Positions 9,917-19,457 are shown, numbered from the stretch's first letter. The stretch is 62,493 bases of DNA from a virus (IMGVR_UViG_3300042934_000841:1-62493), one strand, 5' to 3'. Numbers and translations: made by a program. Notes: a model not told the origin generated them from the letters alone.

Positions 9917-11245
9917 TTAGCCTTTCGCTTGAAGCTGGTTGGAGAGTTCGAAGAGGCGGTTGTTGGCCAGCTCTTCCAGTTGACGCATGAACTTCATCTG
10001 AGCCGTCTTGCCGGTGACCACACCTGCAATGAAGTTGCCGATAAAGCCAGGGCCGAATTTGTTGACTTGCACGCCTTCAAGCGCTTTGTCGATGATCTCG
10101 ATGTCCTGGATCAACCCGAGCCGTTGTTCACGGGTCAGGTGCGGTTCTTTGGACGAGGCGATCATTTCACGGCGCATGGCCTTGAAACGGTTCGGGACGT
10201 CATCGTAGATGTCACCGCCACCGATGAAGGTCACGAGGCAGCTGATGGCCACACCCAGTGCAATCCAGATGCCCGCACCGGCCAAGGCTGCAACACCGGC
10301 CGCCGAGCCACCAATGGCCCAGGTACCGCCGACGGCGAAGATGGTTTGCACTTGACCAGCCAGGGCTGCCATGAACTGACCGAAGTTGCTGGAGTATTCC
10401 AACGGCTTCCAGCCACCTTCACGGTACATGCGGTCCAGTGCCGAGACGATGTGCGCACCGGCGCCATGACGGGCAGCGAACTGGTCCGCCACGAATTCGA
10501 ATGCACGGGCATCGTAGAAACGAGTACCGAGGTCCGAGCGGATCTTCTCAACGAATTCCGCCATGATCACTTGCTGCACGACCAGTGGATCAGGGTTCTT
10601 GTCGATGGTCCCCATGTCCTTGATCTTGTAGCCGGTCTTTTGCTCAGCGATCTTGAGCACGTCACGCACGACCACAGGACTTGCGCCTTCCTGGATCTTA
10701 CGCACGATCTCTTGGACCACGATGTTGGAGATGACGATACCACCGAGGTAGTACAGGTACATCACGCCATGGCCGAGTTCGTGGATGATCACCGCGGCGA
10801 TTTCTTCCGGGGTGAAGTAGGTGTTCATGCGAGTCTTCTCAAGGAAGCCCACGGAGAAGAACACGTCGAGCGGGATATCGCAGTAGATGCCACTGACCTT
10901 GCCAGTGCGCAGGTCTACAGACCCTTGGAACATCTCACGTTCACTGGCGATGCCGCCAGCCTTGCGAAGACGCTCTTTGATGGCTTCAGGACGCATGGGG
11001 GCAGCAATGTTGCTGTCGGCCACGACGATGCACGCGTTGGGCTCTTTGCTCGCTTGCAGGTGCATGCGAAAGTCAGCGCCAGTGTGGTGCTTGCAGGTCG
11101 CACTCATGCGTTTGAGAATGGCCAAACGCTCGGTCATGTCCTTGGTACCCATCAGAGCAGAGATGTGCATCGACAGTTCTTTGAGTAGCAGACCTTCTCG
11201 TTGGAAGTCAATCGCTTCCAGAGAGGCTTTTAATACGTGGTTCAT
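9917..11245 (-). CDS. Head protein with zincin-like HExxH motif and hydrophobic segments (gp84-like)
   Basis: Start MNHVLKASLE; IIHELGH and EFVADQFA motifs; Gly/Ala-rich hydrophobic stretch. Confidence 0.7.
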   Translation of the reverse strand: MNHVLKASLEAIDFQREGLLLKELSMHISALMGTKDMTERLAILKRMSATCKHHTGADFRMHLQASKEPNACIVVADSNIAAPMRPEAIKERLRKAGGIASEREMFQGSVDLRTGKVSGIYCDIPLDVFFSVGFLEKTRMNTYFTPEEIAAVIIHELGHGVMYLYYLGGIVISNIVVQEIVRKIQEGASPVVVRDVLKIAEQKTGYKIKDMGTIDKNPDPLVVQQVIMAEFVEKIRSDLGTRFYDARAFEFVADQFAARHGAGAHIVSALDRMYREGGWKPLEYSSNFGQFMAALAGQVQTIFAVGGTWAIGGSAAGVAALAGAGIWIALGVAISCLVTFIGGGDIYDDVPNRFKAMRREMIASSKEPHLTREQRLGLIQDIEIIDKALEGVQVNKFGPGFIGNFIAGVVTGKTAQMKFMRQLEELANNRLFELSNQLQAKG

Positions 11246-11385
11246 GGTAATTTGTCCCTGACTGTGGGTATTCAAAGAAACAATCATAATGATTAGCGGG
11301 GACAAGCTGTCATTTCTTACTTAGGGTCGGTATGTTCTGTAGAGGAACTTCCTCACCAGAATTCATTTGTTAGAAAGGATCGGTC

Positions 11386-13122
11386 ATGTCAACCGAAATC
11401 GATCTTAAAGGCGTGGACGTGTCCCGCATTGTAGGCCGTGAGTGTAAGCACGCTATCCTCACCGATAGCCGCAAGAATGATGAAGATGATTGCTTGACCA
11501 TTAAAGAGCTGGTGTACGTCAAACAAGACGACGGCTCCATTGTGCCTGTTCCAAACCTGATCTTTGCCAAGAACTACCCGGTGCCTTTCTGGATCACCAA
11601 AGAGAAGTTCCGTAACCACACGGACAAGAAAGAAGTCGAGTACGTCGACAAGCTGCGTGAATGCAGCAGTAACCGGCGTATGCTGGGCAAGTCCATTGTC
11701 AAGCACTTGGGCTACGGCAACCCAAACCAGCAGTTACGTGTGATCAACCGCAGCCAGTACGTTTACGGCGCAGACATGACGCCTAGTACGCTGGTCAAGC
11801 GCAAGTACAAGGAAAAGTGGCCAGGTCTGTTCACCACCAACCGTGTGGCGGTGCTCGATACTGAAACCGACATGTGGAACGGCAACGGCAAAGACATCAT
11901 CATCTCTACGGTGACGATGAAGGACAAGGTGATCATCACCATCTTGGACACTTGGATCAAAGATATCCCGGATGCCGAGAACACCATTCGTAAGGCACTG
12001 GACTACCATCTAGGTCACTGGATCAAAGCACGCAACATGAAGTTCGAGATCGTCATCATGAAGTCGCCGGGTGCAATGGCTGCTTTATGCATGGAACGTG
12101 CCCACCAGTGGCAGCCTGACTTCCTCACCGCATGGAACATGGACTTCGATATCAAGGTCCTGACCCGTGCGTTGGAGAAAGAAGGCTACGACTTGCCGGA
12201 TGTGTTCAGCGATCCACGTGTACCGCCTGAGTTCCGTCACTTCCGTTACAAGGAAGGTCCGACCACCAAGGTCAAGGCTGACGGGACCGTGGAGAACTTG
12301 CCACCGTCTGACCGTTGGAACGTAGTGGAAGCTCCTGCCTCGTTCGTGTGGATTGACCCGATGTGCGTGTACCGCAAGATTCGGACAGCAGCCGGTAAGG
12401 AGCCTAGCTACGGTCTGGACTTCACCCTCAAGAAGAACATGGGTGAGGAACTGGGTAAGCTGTATTTCCCCACCGGTGACTCCACTGCATCCCCTGGTAG
12501 TGTCGAATGGCACATGCAGATGCAGAAGGACTGGAAAGTCAACTACGTCGTCTATAACGTCTTTGACTGCTTGGCGGTAGAGTTGCTGGATGAGAAGACC
12601 ACGGACTTGGGGACACAGGTATCCATCCTGTCTGAATCCTCCGAGTACGCAATCTTCAACTCCAACCCGAAACGTAACGTGAACGAATTCTACTTCGCGA
12701 TGCAACAGGACGGCTTGATTGCCGGTACGTGTTCTGACCGGATGGAAGACGAGAACGACAAGGTGCTGCTCGGTAAGGAAGACTGGATCGTTACGCTGCC
12801 AACGCACAACGTGGTGGCCAACGGTATCTTCCTCATCAAAGAGCTGCCCACGGTTCGCTCCTTCGTGCGCAAGGCGGTCTCTGACGCCGACATTGGTTCG
12901 ACCTACCCGAACGGGGAGATCATCATGAACCTGTCGAAGATGACCACCATGGTGGAAGTCGGACGGGTGGCTGGTGTACTGCCAGCCAAACAGCGTTTGC
13001 TCGGTATCAACCTCACAGGCGGTCCTGTGAATGCGATCGAGATCATGACCGACGTCATGAAGGCACCAAACTCCTTCGAGCTGCTTGAAGCGTTTGAAGC
13101 TGAACTGGCTGAAGAGATCTAA
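11386..13122 (+). CDS. Split family-B DNA polymerase, N-terminal part (3'-5' exonuclease plus motif A; gp82-like)
   Basis: ExoI LDTETD, ExoII AWNMDFD, ExoIII YNVFD, motif A DADIGSTYPN. Confidence 0.88.
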   Translation: MSTEIDLKGVDVSRIVGRECKHAILTDSRKNDEDDCLTIKELVYVKQDDGSIVPVPNLIFAKNYPVPFWITKEKFRNHTDKKEVEYVDKLRECSSNRRMLGKSIVKHLGYGNPNQQLRVINRSQYVYGADMTPSTLVKRKYKEKWPGLFTTNRVAVLDTETDMWNGNGKDIIISTVTMKDKVIITILDTWIKDIPDAENTIRKALDYHLGHWIKARNMKFEIVIMKSPGAMAALCMERAHQWQPDFLTAWNMDFDIKVLTRALEKEGYDLPDVFSDPRVPPEFRHFRYKEGPTTKVKADGTVENLPPSDRWNVVEAPASFVWIDPMCVYRKIRTAAGKEPSYGLDFTLKKNMGEELGKLYFPTGDSTASPGSVEWHMQMQKDWKVNYVVYNVFDCLAVELLDEKTTDLGTQVSILSESSEYAIFNSNPKRNVNEFYFAMQQDGLIAGTCSDRMEDENDKVLLGKEDWIVTLPTHNVVANGIFLIKELPTVRSFVRKAVSDADIGSTYPNGEIIMNLSKMTTMVEVGRVAGVLPAKQRLLGINLTGGPVNAIEIMTDVMKAPNSFELLEAFEAELAEEI

Positions 13123-13143
13123 ACAAAGAAAAAAAGAAACAGA

Positions 13144-13174
13144 CATACAGCCCGGCTCACGCCGGGCTGTATGC
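13144..13174. terminator. Bidirectional terminator
   Basis: CATACAGCCCGGC-TCAC-GCCGGGCTGTATG between convergent genes, with an A-tract on the left. Confidence 0.85.
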
Positions 13175-13181
13175 TGTCTGC

Positions 13182-13943
13182 TTACTTACTCCACGGGAAC
13201 GTGTGGATCTTGAACTCATCAGCCATGGCGAAGAGATTCGTCATGTTCTTGATGATGGTGGATTGCAGATCAGCTTGATCTTTGTTCTCTACCGTTTCCA
13301 ACAACTGGTCAGGGTAGATGTCCAGCATCATCGCTGTGATCAGGGCTTCCACACCGTTCGGCCCTAAGGCGGGTTGTTCAAGGATGAACTCCCGTGTACC
13401 GAGGTCAAAGCAGATCAACACACGTTTGGGGTGCAGGTTGAAATTCCCTTTACGATGTGCTGGTTCTTCGAAGACACCGTAAACCTTGGAACCTTCGAAG
13501 ATCACCACCTTCATGACTTGCGGGCCTACAACGATGGTGTGGACTTTCTCACCGAAAGTTGTGTCCACCTGATCCCGTGCTGCGAAGTAGTCGATGAAGA
13601 CGTACGGGTCTTCTGGGAATACCAGCGAACCTTCAGGTGCTTTGATTGGCTGGATCGGAGAAGGCTGTCCACTTACAGGCGGTTGATGCGGGTGGTCGTC
13701 CAAGAAGCCATGAGCGGCTTCCAGTGCTGCCAATAACGTAACCGGACTCACGGTACTGGAAGCATTGATCCACTCGCTCTGGCGACGCGCCACGAGCTGG
13801 TAGAGTGCGTCAAAGGTCTCCGAACGCATCGGGTGTTCTAGCGGTTGAAGGTGCTTGTCGAATTCCTTCAACCGCTTGTGCAGGCTTTCGCTTTGGTTCA
13901 GGACGTTCAGAATGTCCGAACGTGTCGATACGGAATTGGTCAT
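13182..13943 (-). CDS. Hypothetical protein
   Basis: ATG at 13943, just after the preceding small gene; ends before the terminator. Confidence 0.7.
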   Translation of the reverse strand: MTNSVSTRSDILNVLNQSESLHKRLKEFDKHLQPLEHPMRSETFDALYQLVARRQSEWINASSTVSPVTLLAALEAAHGFLDDHPHQPPVSGQPSPIQPIKAPEGSLVFPEDPYVFIDYFAARDQVDTTFGEKVHTIVVGPQVMKVVIFEGSKVYGVFEEPAHRKGNFNLHPKRVLICFDLGTREFILEQPALGPNGVEALITAMMLDIYPDQLLETVENKDQADLQSTIIKNMTNLFAMADEFKIHTFPWSK

Positions 13944-13951
13944 GGTCGGTC

Positions 13952-14113
13952 TCACTTAGCCTGTGCGGTTTGGTTAAGCTGCTCGGTGAGCAGTGCTGCG
14001 AACTTGTTCTTCTCCGCAAGGGAGAGGTTGTTGAAGGCTTGCAGTTCACGAGCCTTGTTGGTGAAGGTCGTTTGGATGAAGCGTGCAGCGCCACGACGTT
14101 TAGCGGTTTTCAT
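13952..14113 (-). CDS. Small basic protein (53 aa) with FNNLSLAEKN motif
   Basis: Manual read MKTAKRRGAARFIQTTFTNKARELQAFNNLSLAEKNKFAALLTEQLNQTAQAK; AAGGAG RBS. Confidence 0.75.
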   Translation of the reverse strand: MKTAKRRGAARFIQTTFTNKARELQAFNNLSLAEKNKFAALLTEQLNQTAQAK

Positions 14114-14227
14114 GCTCGTTGCTCCTTAAATTGGTTAGGGTGTTGCAGTAATAAAGGGTTAGGTGTACTGGAAATAAAGGTAAGCGCATAAAGCCCCAGC
14201 CGAAGCCGGGAGTTTATGGTGTCAGTG

Positions 14228-14479
14228 TTACAGAAACGGTGCTACATACTTCATCACGTTGACCAGCAGTGCAGGTGAATTTGGAAAGAGTGTGACCCAG
14301 ACCAAGATAAAGAATATCCACTTGAACATGTCTCCTAGGGAGATTTCAACTTTGACTGATTGAAGTAACCACTTGACCCATTTATTTAAGGTCTTACGGT
14401 TAGGGATCAATCGCTTGTACCACGCAGGTTGTTTATTAGTCGGTCCCGCTACGACTTTCTTTGGTTTACATTTCTTCAT
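14228..14479 (-). CDS. Small membrane protein
   Basis: 83 aa; basic N-terminus; WIFFILVWVTLF hydrophobic segment; GAGGA RBS; AT-rich. Confidence 0.65.
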   Translation of the reverse strand: MKKCKPKKVVAGPTNKQPAWYKRLIPNRKTLNKWVKWLLQSVKVEISLGDMFKWIFFILVWVTLFPNSPALLVNVMKYVAPFL

Positions 14480-14537
14480 GATTTCCTCTTGGGTTAATGA
14501 AAAGGCAGGGGCTTAATTGCCCCCGCCAGTTTGCTTC

Positions 14538-14729
14538 CTATACCTGAAGCGTAGGTTTACTGCCTTCGTTTGCTCGTTTCAGATCCTTGCGGACCTTACG
14601 AATCCTGTTCTTCTCAGTGAGAGACAGGTTGTTGAAGCGATGGCGCTTCATTTTCCTGTACGCCTTCTTGGACACCAGCGTTTGCCGTTGTCGTCGAATG
14701 GGTACATCCAGAACCAAGTAACTGGTCAT
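14538..14729 (-). CDS. Small basic protein (63 aa) with FNNLSLTEKN motif
   Basis: GAGGA RBS; rich in K and R. Confidence 0.7.
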   Translation of the reverse strand: MTSYLVLDVPIRRQRQTLVSKKAYRKMKRHRFNNLSLTEKNRIRKVRKDLKRANEGSKPTLQV

Positions 14730-14739
14730 TGTTTATCCC

Positions 14740-15093
14740 TCAACGCAGGGGCGGCGGTGGATAGTTCTGCGGGTTGAGTTGGCGATCCACGTGTGCTCGC
14801 TTCTTTTCCCACTCCTCCATCCACATGACATCCCCGATGCTGGGATCAGCGACTGGCATAATCTCATCCAGTTCAATCTGCACATTGGGGTTGACGACCT
14901 CCATGGGATAGCCTGAGTAGAACACCATCTCGCCTACGCCATTGACGAAGGCGGCCCGGAACTCAACCAGCTTCATGTCCGGGTAAGGATTGCGGTGAAC
15001 AATCCTCAGCAACAACTCAGGAGCCCGCTTAAGCCTGAACTCCACGTTGGGAGTCAGGCGGGCAAGCTTTTGCTTCGCGAAGAAGTCTTGCAT
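14740..15093 (-). CDS. Hypothetical protein
   Basis: 117 aa; AAGGGGTG RBS. Confidence 0.7.
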   Translation of the reverse strand: MQDFFAKQKLARLTPNVEFRLKRAPELLLRIVHRNPYPDMKLVEFRAAFVNGVGEMVFYSGYPMEVVNPNVQIELDEIMPVADPSIGDVMWMEEWEKKRAHVDRQLNPQNYPPPPLR

Positions 15094-15103
15094 GAATCAC
15101 CCC

Positions 15104-15256
15104 TTACGAAGTGAACTTGACTTCTTTCAACTGCTCACGCAAATGGGCCACAGCCAGTTCGTTCTTGGCTTGACGGCGTTCGGCAAGCTTCTTGCCGCCG
15201 AAGAAACCGGCGACACCGACCAACAGGCCAGTTGCAGCGTACAATGCATTGTTCAT
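15104..15256 (-). CDS. Small protein (50 aa) with N-terminal membrane anchor
   Basis: Manual read MNNALYAATGLLVGVAGFFGGKKLAERRQAKNELAVAHLREQLKEVKFTS; GGAG RBS. Confidence 0.7.
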   Translation of the reverse strand: MNNALYAATGLLVGVAGFFGGKKLAERRQAKNELAVAHLREQLKEVKFTS

Positions 15257-15259
15257 GAC

Positions 15260-16624
15260 TTACTCCATGTCAACCGGTTTGGTGACGTAATGGGTGTTGA
15301 GGGTTGAGATCAGCTGCGAGAAGAACCGACTGTTCACTTCGCCTTGATCACGGTTGTTGGTGAGTTGTGGGGAGAAACGACCAGCGCACCACATTGGCTG
15401 CACGATGATCTTGGGGTCGCGGTTGTTCACCTTGACTTCGATCTCAGCGTCGTGGTACAGGTTGACTTTGCAGCGCAGGTCCAGCTTGACGCCTCCCGGC
15501 GTGGTGGAGGTCAGGGCCTTCAGGTGGTTCTTCAGAGGTTTCATGATCCCCTTGACACCTGTGCGGATTTCCCACTCGACGCCATGGCTGATCGCGTTCT
15601 CGACAATGATGTCGCCACCGGACCACACGATGTTCAGTGCAGTCAGGTTGAACGTCGGCATCAGCGAGGCCATCGCTCGAATCGCTTGGTCGGCGATGTA
15701 CGATTCGATTTCCTTGTTCATGCCTTTGTGGGTGTGGTCTGTCAGCGCCGCGTCCACGTAGATGGCCACGTCTTGTTCACGGATGTTGAAAGCCGAGATC
15801 AGTTCGTGATACGCGACGCTGCCGTGGCCATTCATGAAGTTGGTCATGTTCACCAATTCACGGAAGACTGGATCGACAGACAGGTTGGCGTTGGGCAGCA
15901 TGGCCAGTGCATTACCGGCAACACCTTCTTCGCCTTCCTCCATAGGGTTCATGTCACGCATGCTGGCTTCATACGTGCGCAAAGCGCGGTTGACGTACCC
16001 GTAGGTAGAGTCGTCTTTGCCGAGCACCAGTTTGACCGGAGTGTGACGGAACATGCTGCGTATGTCCAAGATCTCGTGGCCACCTTGCATGCGGTCGAGC
16101 AGAGTGCGCGTTTGCATCGACGAGAAGATCTCGTTCACCCGGTTAAGGGATTGCTCACCCTCGCCGTAGATGATCAGCGTGTCCTTGATCAACTCGGTTC
16201 TGTGGTGAAGGTTACCCTTACCTTCTGGACCTCCGGGGATATAGGGATCTCTGGCAAAGATCGTGTTGCGATCAAAGTAGAGCTTGAGGTTGGCGTGCAG
16301 TTCAGTGGCAGGTTCCGTGTAACCGGAAACCACCTGCACTTCTTTGCGCCCTCCACCATGCTCGGTTTCCAACGTCATGACGAAGGAGAAGCGCTGAGCA
16401 TTCAGATCCATCTCAACTGGCTGCCCTTCCGGATAGCGCTGATGGAACGTACGGGTGACCAGCGAGACCACTTCGTTGCTGGCCATGCCTTTACGCTGAG
16501 CATGCTCAGCCAAGGTGATGAGCGAACTGACGTGGTTCGGTGCAGCGGTCGGGAAGGAGAGTTGAGCCCCATATCGCCCGACGGTGTGGAAGTGCAGACT
16601 TTTGACAATCGGTTGCGGTTTCAT
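15260..16624 (-). CDS. Diverged paralog of nuclear import factor PicA/Imp1 (454 aa)
   Basis: Start MKPQPIVK with AAGGAA RBS; colinear motif matches to 42921..44435 (SGYT, LYF, VDPVF, PxxC..SP). Confidence 0.8.
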   Translation of the reverse strand: MKPQPIVKSLHFHTVGRYGAQLSFPTAAPNHVSSLITLAEHAQRKGMASNEVVSLVTRTFHQRYPEGQPVEMDLNAQRFSFVMTLETEHGGGRKEVQVVSGYTEPATELHANLKLYFDRNTIFARDPYIPGGPEGKGNLHHRTELIKDTLIIYGEGEQSLNRVNEIFSSMQTRTLLDRMQGGHEILDIRSMFRHTPVKLVLGKDDSTYGYVNRALRTYEASMRDMNPMEEGEEGVAGNALAMLPNANLSVDPVFRELVNMTNFMNGHGSVAYHELISAFNIREQDVAIYVDAALTDHTHKGMNKEIESYIADQAIRAMASLMPTFNLTALNIVWSGGDIIVENAISHGVEWEIRTGVKGIMKPLKNHLKALTSTTPGGVKLDLRCKVNLYHDAEIEVKVNNRDPKIIVQPMWCAGRFSPQLTNNRDQGEVNSRFFSQLISTLNTHYVTKPVDME

Positions 16625-16634
16625 GCAGGTTTCC

Positions 16635-17255
16635 TTAATCGTCGGATTGCAGGGCTTTGAAAGCCAGGTGGAGTTTCTCCAGCTTCTCCGTTTTCTTCTT
16701 GTTCGCAGCACGCTCTTCTTCGAGCTGGGCGGCGAGGTCTTCGATCTGCTTGGCCATGGCCTTGATCGTTTCCCCAACGTTACCCAAGCTCTCTGCAAAG
16801 TTCAGCAACGACAGGAGGGAATCGGTCGCAGCAGCGGGTGCAGCAGGTTTTTGGGCAACAGAAGCAACGAGGGTAGCGGACATAGCAGGGCTCTCTTCAA
16901 CAGGGGTAGGGGTGGCTACTTCTTCTACAGCAGGTACGACGTGCAACTCTGGTACATGACGTCTGACGTTCTCTGGCTCAAGGTTCTGAGTCGGAGTCGG
17001 CATGACCAGTTTGCGGATTGGTGCACGGTGGTAGTGATCACGTCCCGTGCGTTTAAGTAGACCGGAGTCCGTGAGGTCATTCAAGCACCCCGAGATAACT
17101 TTCAGATCAGGCACGTTACCGCCGTTACGTGTTTTGATCTCCTGCACAATCGCCTTCACGGCCCACGGCTCTTGTATCGGTGTGGCTTCGTACACCTTAC
17201 GAGCAGTGGCGCTCTGGGTCCTGAGCATATTCTCAGCTTGACGACTAGATAGCAT
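16635..17255 (-). CDS. Winged-HTH-like protein with C-terminal coiled coil
   Basis: VISGCLNDLTDSGLLKR wHTH-type pattern; Pro/Ala linker; heptad C-terminus. Confidence 0.6.
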   Translation of the reverse strand: MLSSRQAENMLRTQSATARKVYEATPIQEPWAVKAIVQEIKTRNGGNVPDLKVISGCLNDLTDSGLLKRTGRDHYHRAPIRKLVMPTPTQNLEPENVRRHVPELHVVPAVEEVATPTPVEESPAMSATLVASVAQKPAAPAAATDSLLSLLNFAESLGNVGETIKAMAKQIEDLAAQLEEERAANKKKTEKLEKLHLAFKALQSDD

Positions 17256-17275
17256 GGCATTCCCTTAATGCGAGG

Positions 17276-18220
17276 TTATTCGGAGACTGGTTGAATCTTG
17301 ATCCACTCATGGTTCACGACAGGCACCATGTGTTCGTCAAGCAGCTCCTCGTTCAGCGAGGTGTAGAACTTGACCGCGGGCTGATCAGGCTTGGCCGGAT
17401 CTTTGACTGCAATCAGCATCACCACGTTTTGCCAGCCTTTGTCCTTGTCGTAGAAGTTGACCGACTCAACAGGGACAGGCCTTTGGGTTTCACCCCAGTG
17501 CGGATGCACGATGGAAATCATCGAGCCTGCACGCAGGTTCTGAAGCAACAGAATCCACGCTGCACGAGCAGGGGTCGCGTGTTTCAACGCCAACACCATG
17601 GAGGTGCCGACTTCAACACCGCCTACCCATGGAATGAAACGCTGTTCCATGGTCAAGCGCTCTTCTTCTGCGGCCAGCATGTGGTCCTTAGCTGTGCGAC
17701 GAAGTTCGAGACCTTCTTCGATGAACTCGGCCATTGTTGGTTTATGGACATCAGGGGCATGATCGCGGTAGTAGTCACCCAGTCGCTTCACAGCGTCTTC
17801 TTCGCGAGGGGTCATAGGGCGATCCATCTGAGGATGACGTTGCAGGATCTCCACCAGGTCACTGATGTCCTTCTCCGGTAGTGGTAGTAACGCCGCCAGT
17901 TCAGCGAAGGTATCAAGCGGTGCTGGAGCTTCAGTCACCAGACGCGTCATGGCCTCTTGCAGCGATGGACTGAGCGAATCACGTGTGCGCAGCTCACGGA
18001 TAGTCGCCAGCTTACCTTGCAGCCCAATCTCACTGACGACGGGGGCAGAGGCACGAGGCATGATCTGCTCCACGCCCATGTCAAACGTACGCAGCTTAGG
18101 ACGGATGGCGTGGGACTGGTAAAGCAGGTGACCACGATTCGTCAGTTCGTTGTCAACCACGCGCTTGATTTCCATCAGGTTGTCGGACTTGATGTCTTTA
18201 ACGGTTTCGGCGTTAATCAT
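17276..18220 (-). CDS. Hypothetical protein
   Basis: Start MINAETVK with AAGGGG RBS; 314 aa. Confidence 0.7.
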   Translation of the reverse strand: MINAETVKDIKSDNLMEIKRVVDNELTNRGHLLYQSHAIRPKLRTFDMGVEQIMPRASAPVVSEIGLQGKLATIRELRTRDSLSPSLQEAMTRLVTEAPAPLDTFAELAALLPLPEKDISDLVEILQRHPQMDRPMTPREEDAVKRLGDYYRDHAPDVHKPTMAEFIEEGLELRRTAKDHMLAAEEERLTMEQRFIPWVGGVEVGTSMVLALKHATPARAAWILLLQNLRAGSMISIVHPHWGETQRPVPVESVNFYDKDKGWQNVVMLIAVKDPAKPDQPAVKFYTSLNEELLDEHMVPVVNHEWIKIQPVSE

Positions 18221-18245
18221 GGGTTGTTTCCCCTTAAGGAATAGG

Positions 18246-18566
18246 TTATTCCGAGAAGACTCGGATGTCGCGAATGGGTACAAACATACGAGGGTTGATG
18301 CCCTGAGGCATTTTACGTGCAATGGTCATGACGAAGAAGCCGCCGCTGATTAACTCGGTGGCTTCGACCGAGAAGGCCATGTCACCAAGGCCATTGGTGT
18401 CCCACATGCGAAAGTTATCCATGCGGTACACACCGTCACGCTCAAGGACCCGATACCGAGTCCCCAAGGGCAAGGTCATGAACTCAGCGTCCTTGACCTT
18501 GCGCCCATCTTGCATTTCTACAGGCTCTGGCTTCTTGCCAAACAGCTCCTTTAACCACTTCAACAT
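18246..18566 (-). CDS. Hypothetical protein
   Basis: Start MLKWLKELF; GGAGGTG RBS; overlaps the upstream stop. Confidence 0.7.
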   Translation of the reverse strand: MLKWLKELFGKKPEPVEMQDGRKVKDAEFMTLPLGTRYRVLERDGVYRMDNFRMWDTNGLGDMAFSVEATELISGGFFVMTIARKMPQGINPRMFVPIRDIRVFSE

Positions 18567-19012
18567 GCCTTCACCTCCGATGGCATTGGAACGACCCAAT
18601 CTGTCTGCGCATTCAATGCATGCAGCATCTGAAGGTCATTCCAGTCCCGTGCAGCTTTACCTTCTGCCCGATCAGGCATTTGGTGCAACTGCGTCTTTTG
18701 ATCGATCAGGTCCACTGTGGAATACAGCCACACCCCATCGACTTCCTGCTTGCCAATGTCATCCGGCATTTCATGAAGGCTGATCACGTCACTGTAATCA
18801 ACGTACTCAGCCATCGAATTACGGCGGACATTGTCCTTGTGCTTGTAGAGGTCATACACCTCCGGACGCACATCGAGATCCAGATCACTGGTCTCTTCCC
18901 TCATCCCCAGCATCAACAACGCTCCACCGGCACTGACCAGAACATTCTCTGGCCTTTCACCGACTTCGCTACAGAAGTTGAAGTACAGTTTGACAAACGT
19001 TGTACGGTCCAT
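18560..19012 (-). CDS. Stand-alone Pol-beta-superfamily nucleotidyltransferase
   Basis: SAGGALLMLG...TSDLDLDV (GG..DxD) signature; 150 aa. Confidence 0.7.
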   Translation of the reverse strand: MDRTTFVKLYFNFCSEVGERPENVLVSAGGALLMLGMREETSDLDLDVRPEVYDLYKHKDNVRRNSMAEYVDYSDVISLHEMPDDIGKQEVDGVWLYSTVDLIDQKTQLHQMPDRAEGKAARDWNDLQMLHALNAQTDWVVPMPSEVKAC

Positions 19013-19051
19013 TAGGCCTTTTCCCTAGGGGTTAGTGATGTTATCCCCCGA

Positions 19052-19059
19052 GTAATGTA
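19052..19059 (-). promoter_or_regulatory. Putative early (vRNAP) promoter TACATTAC
   Basis: Same motif as four other intergenic sites; resembles the phiKZ early consensus TATATTAC. Confidence 0.65.
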
Positions 19060-19084
19060 TGGCTGAAATAAAGTCGAGTCGAGG

Positions 19085-19113
19085 GCATAGACGAGAGGGT
19101 TTCCCCTCTCGTC
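19085..19113 (-). terminator. Terminator
   Basis: GACGAGAGGG...CCCTCTCGTC followed by TATGC on the minus strand. Confidence 0.75.
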
Positions 19114-19116
19114 CAC

Positions 19117-19392
19117 TTATTCCCTCACCAGCTGTGGTTCACTTTTACGGGTGAACAGAATAGAAAGATTGGCTTCGGTCTTCTGAACACTGGTCTTGTA
19201 GTACAGATCCACGCCAACGTCTTCACGCACCACCGAGAAGTCATCCCGATGAATGGGGATCTGCAACTCACGGTACTGTATGCCCGGTCGTTTGCCTTCA
19301 TCGGCCATCTTTTGCAGGTAGATCGCGGTCTCAGGTTCAAGGATCGCAATGACCACACCATTGAGCACCAACGCGTTTTGAGGATGGGTCAT
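19117..19392 (-). CDS. Hypothetical protein
   Basis: Start MTHPQ; AGGAG RBS. Confidence 0.65.
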   Translation of the reverse strand: MTHPQNALVLNGVVIAILEPETAIYLQKMADEGKRPGIQYRELQIPIHRDDFSVVREDVGVDLYYKTSVQKTEANLSILFTRKSEPQLVRE

Positions 19393-19417
19393 GACGACTC
19401 CTAAAAGAAAAGAGAGA

Positions 19418-19451
19418 GCATAAAGCTGAGATGCCCGTGAAGGCATCTCAG
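19418..19451 (-). terminator. Terminator
   Basis: CTGAGATGCC...GGCATCTCAG then CTTTATGC on the minus strand. Confidence 0.75.
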
Positions 19452-19457
19452 ACAGGT

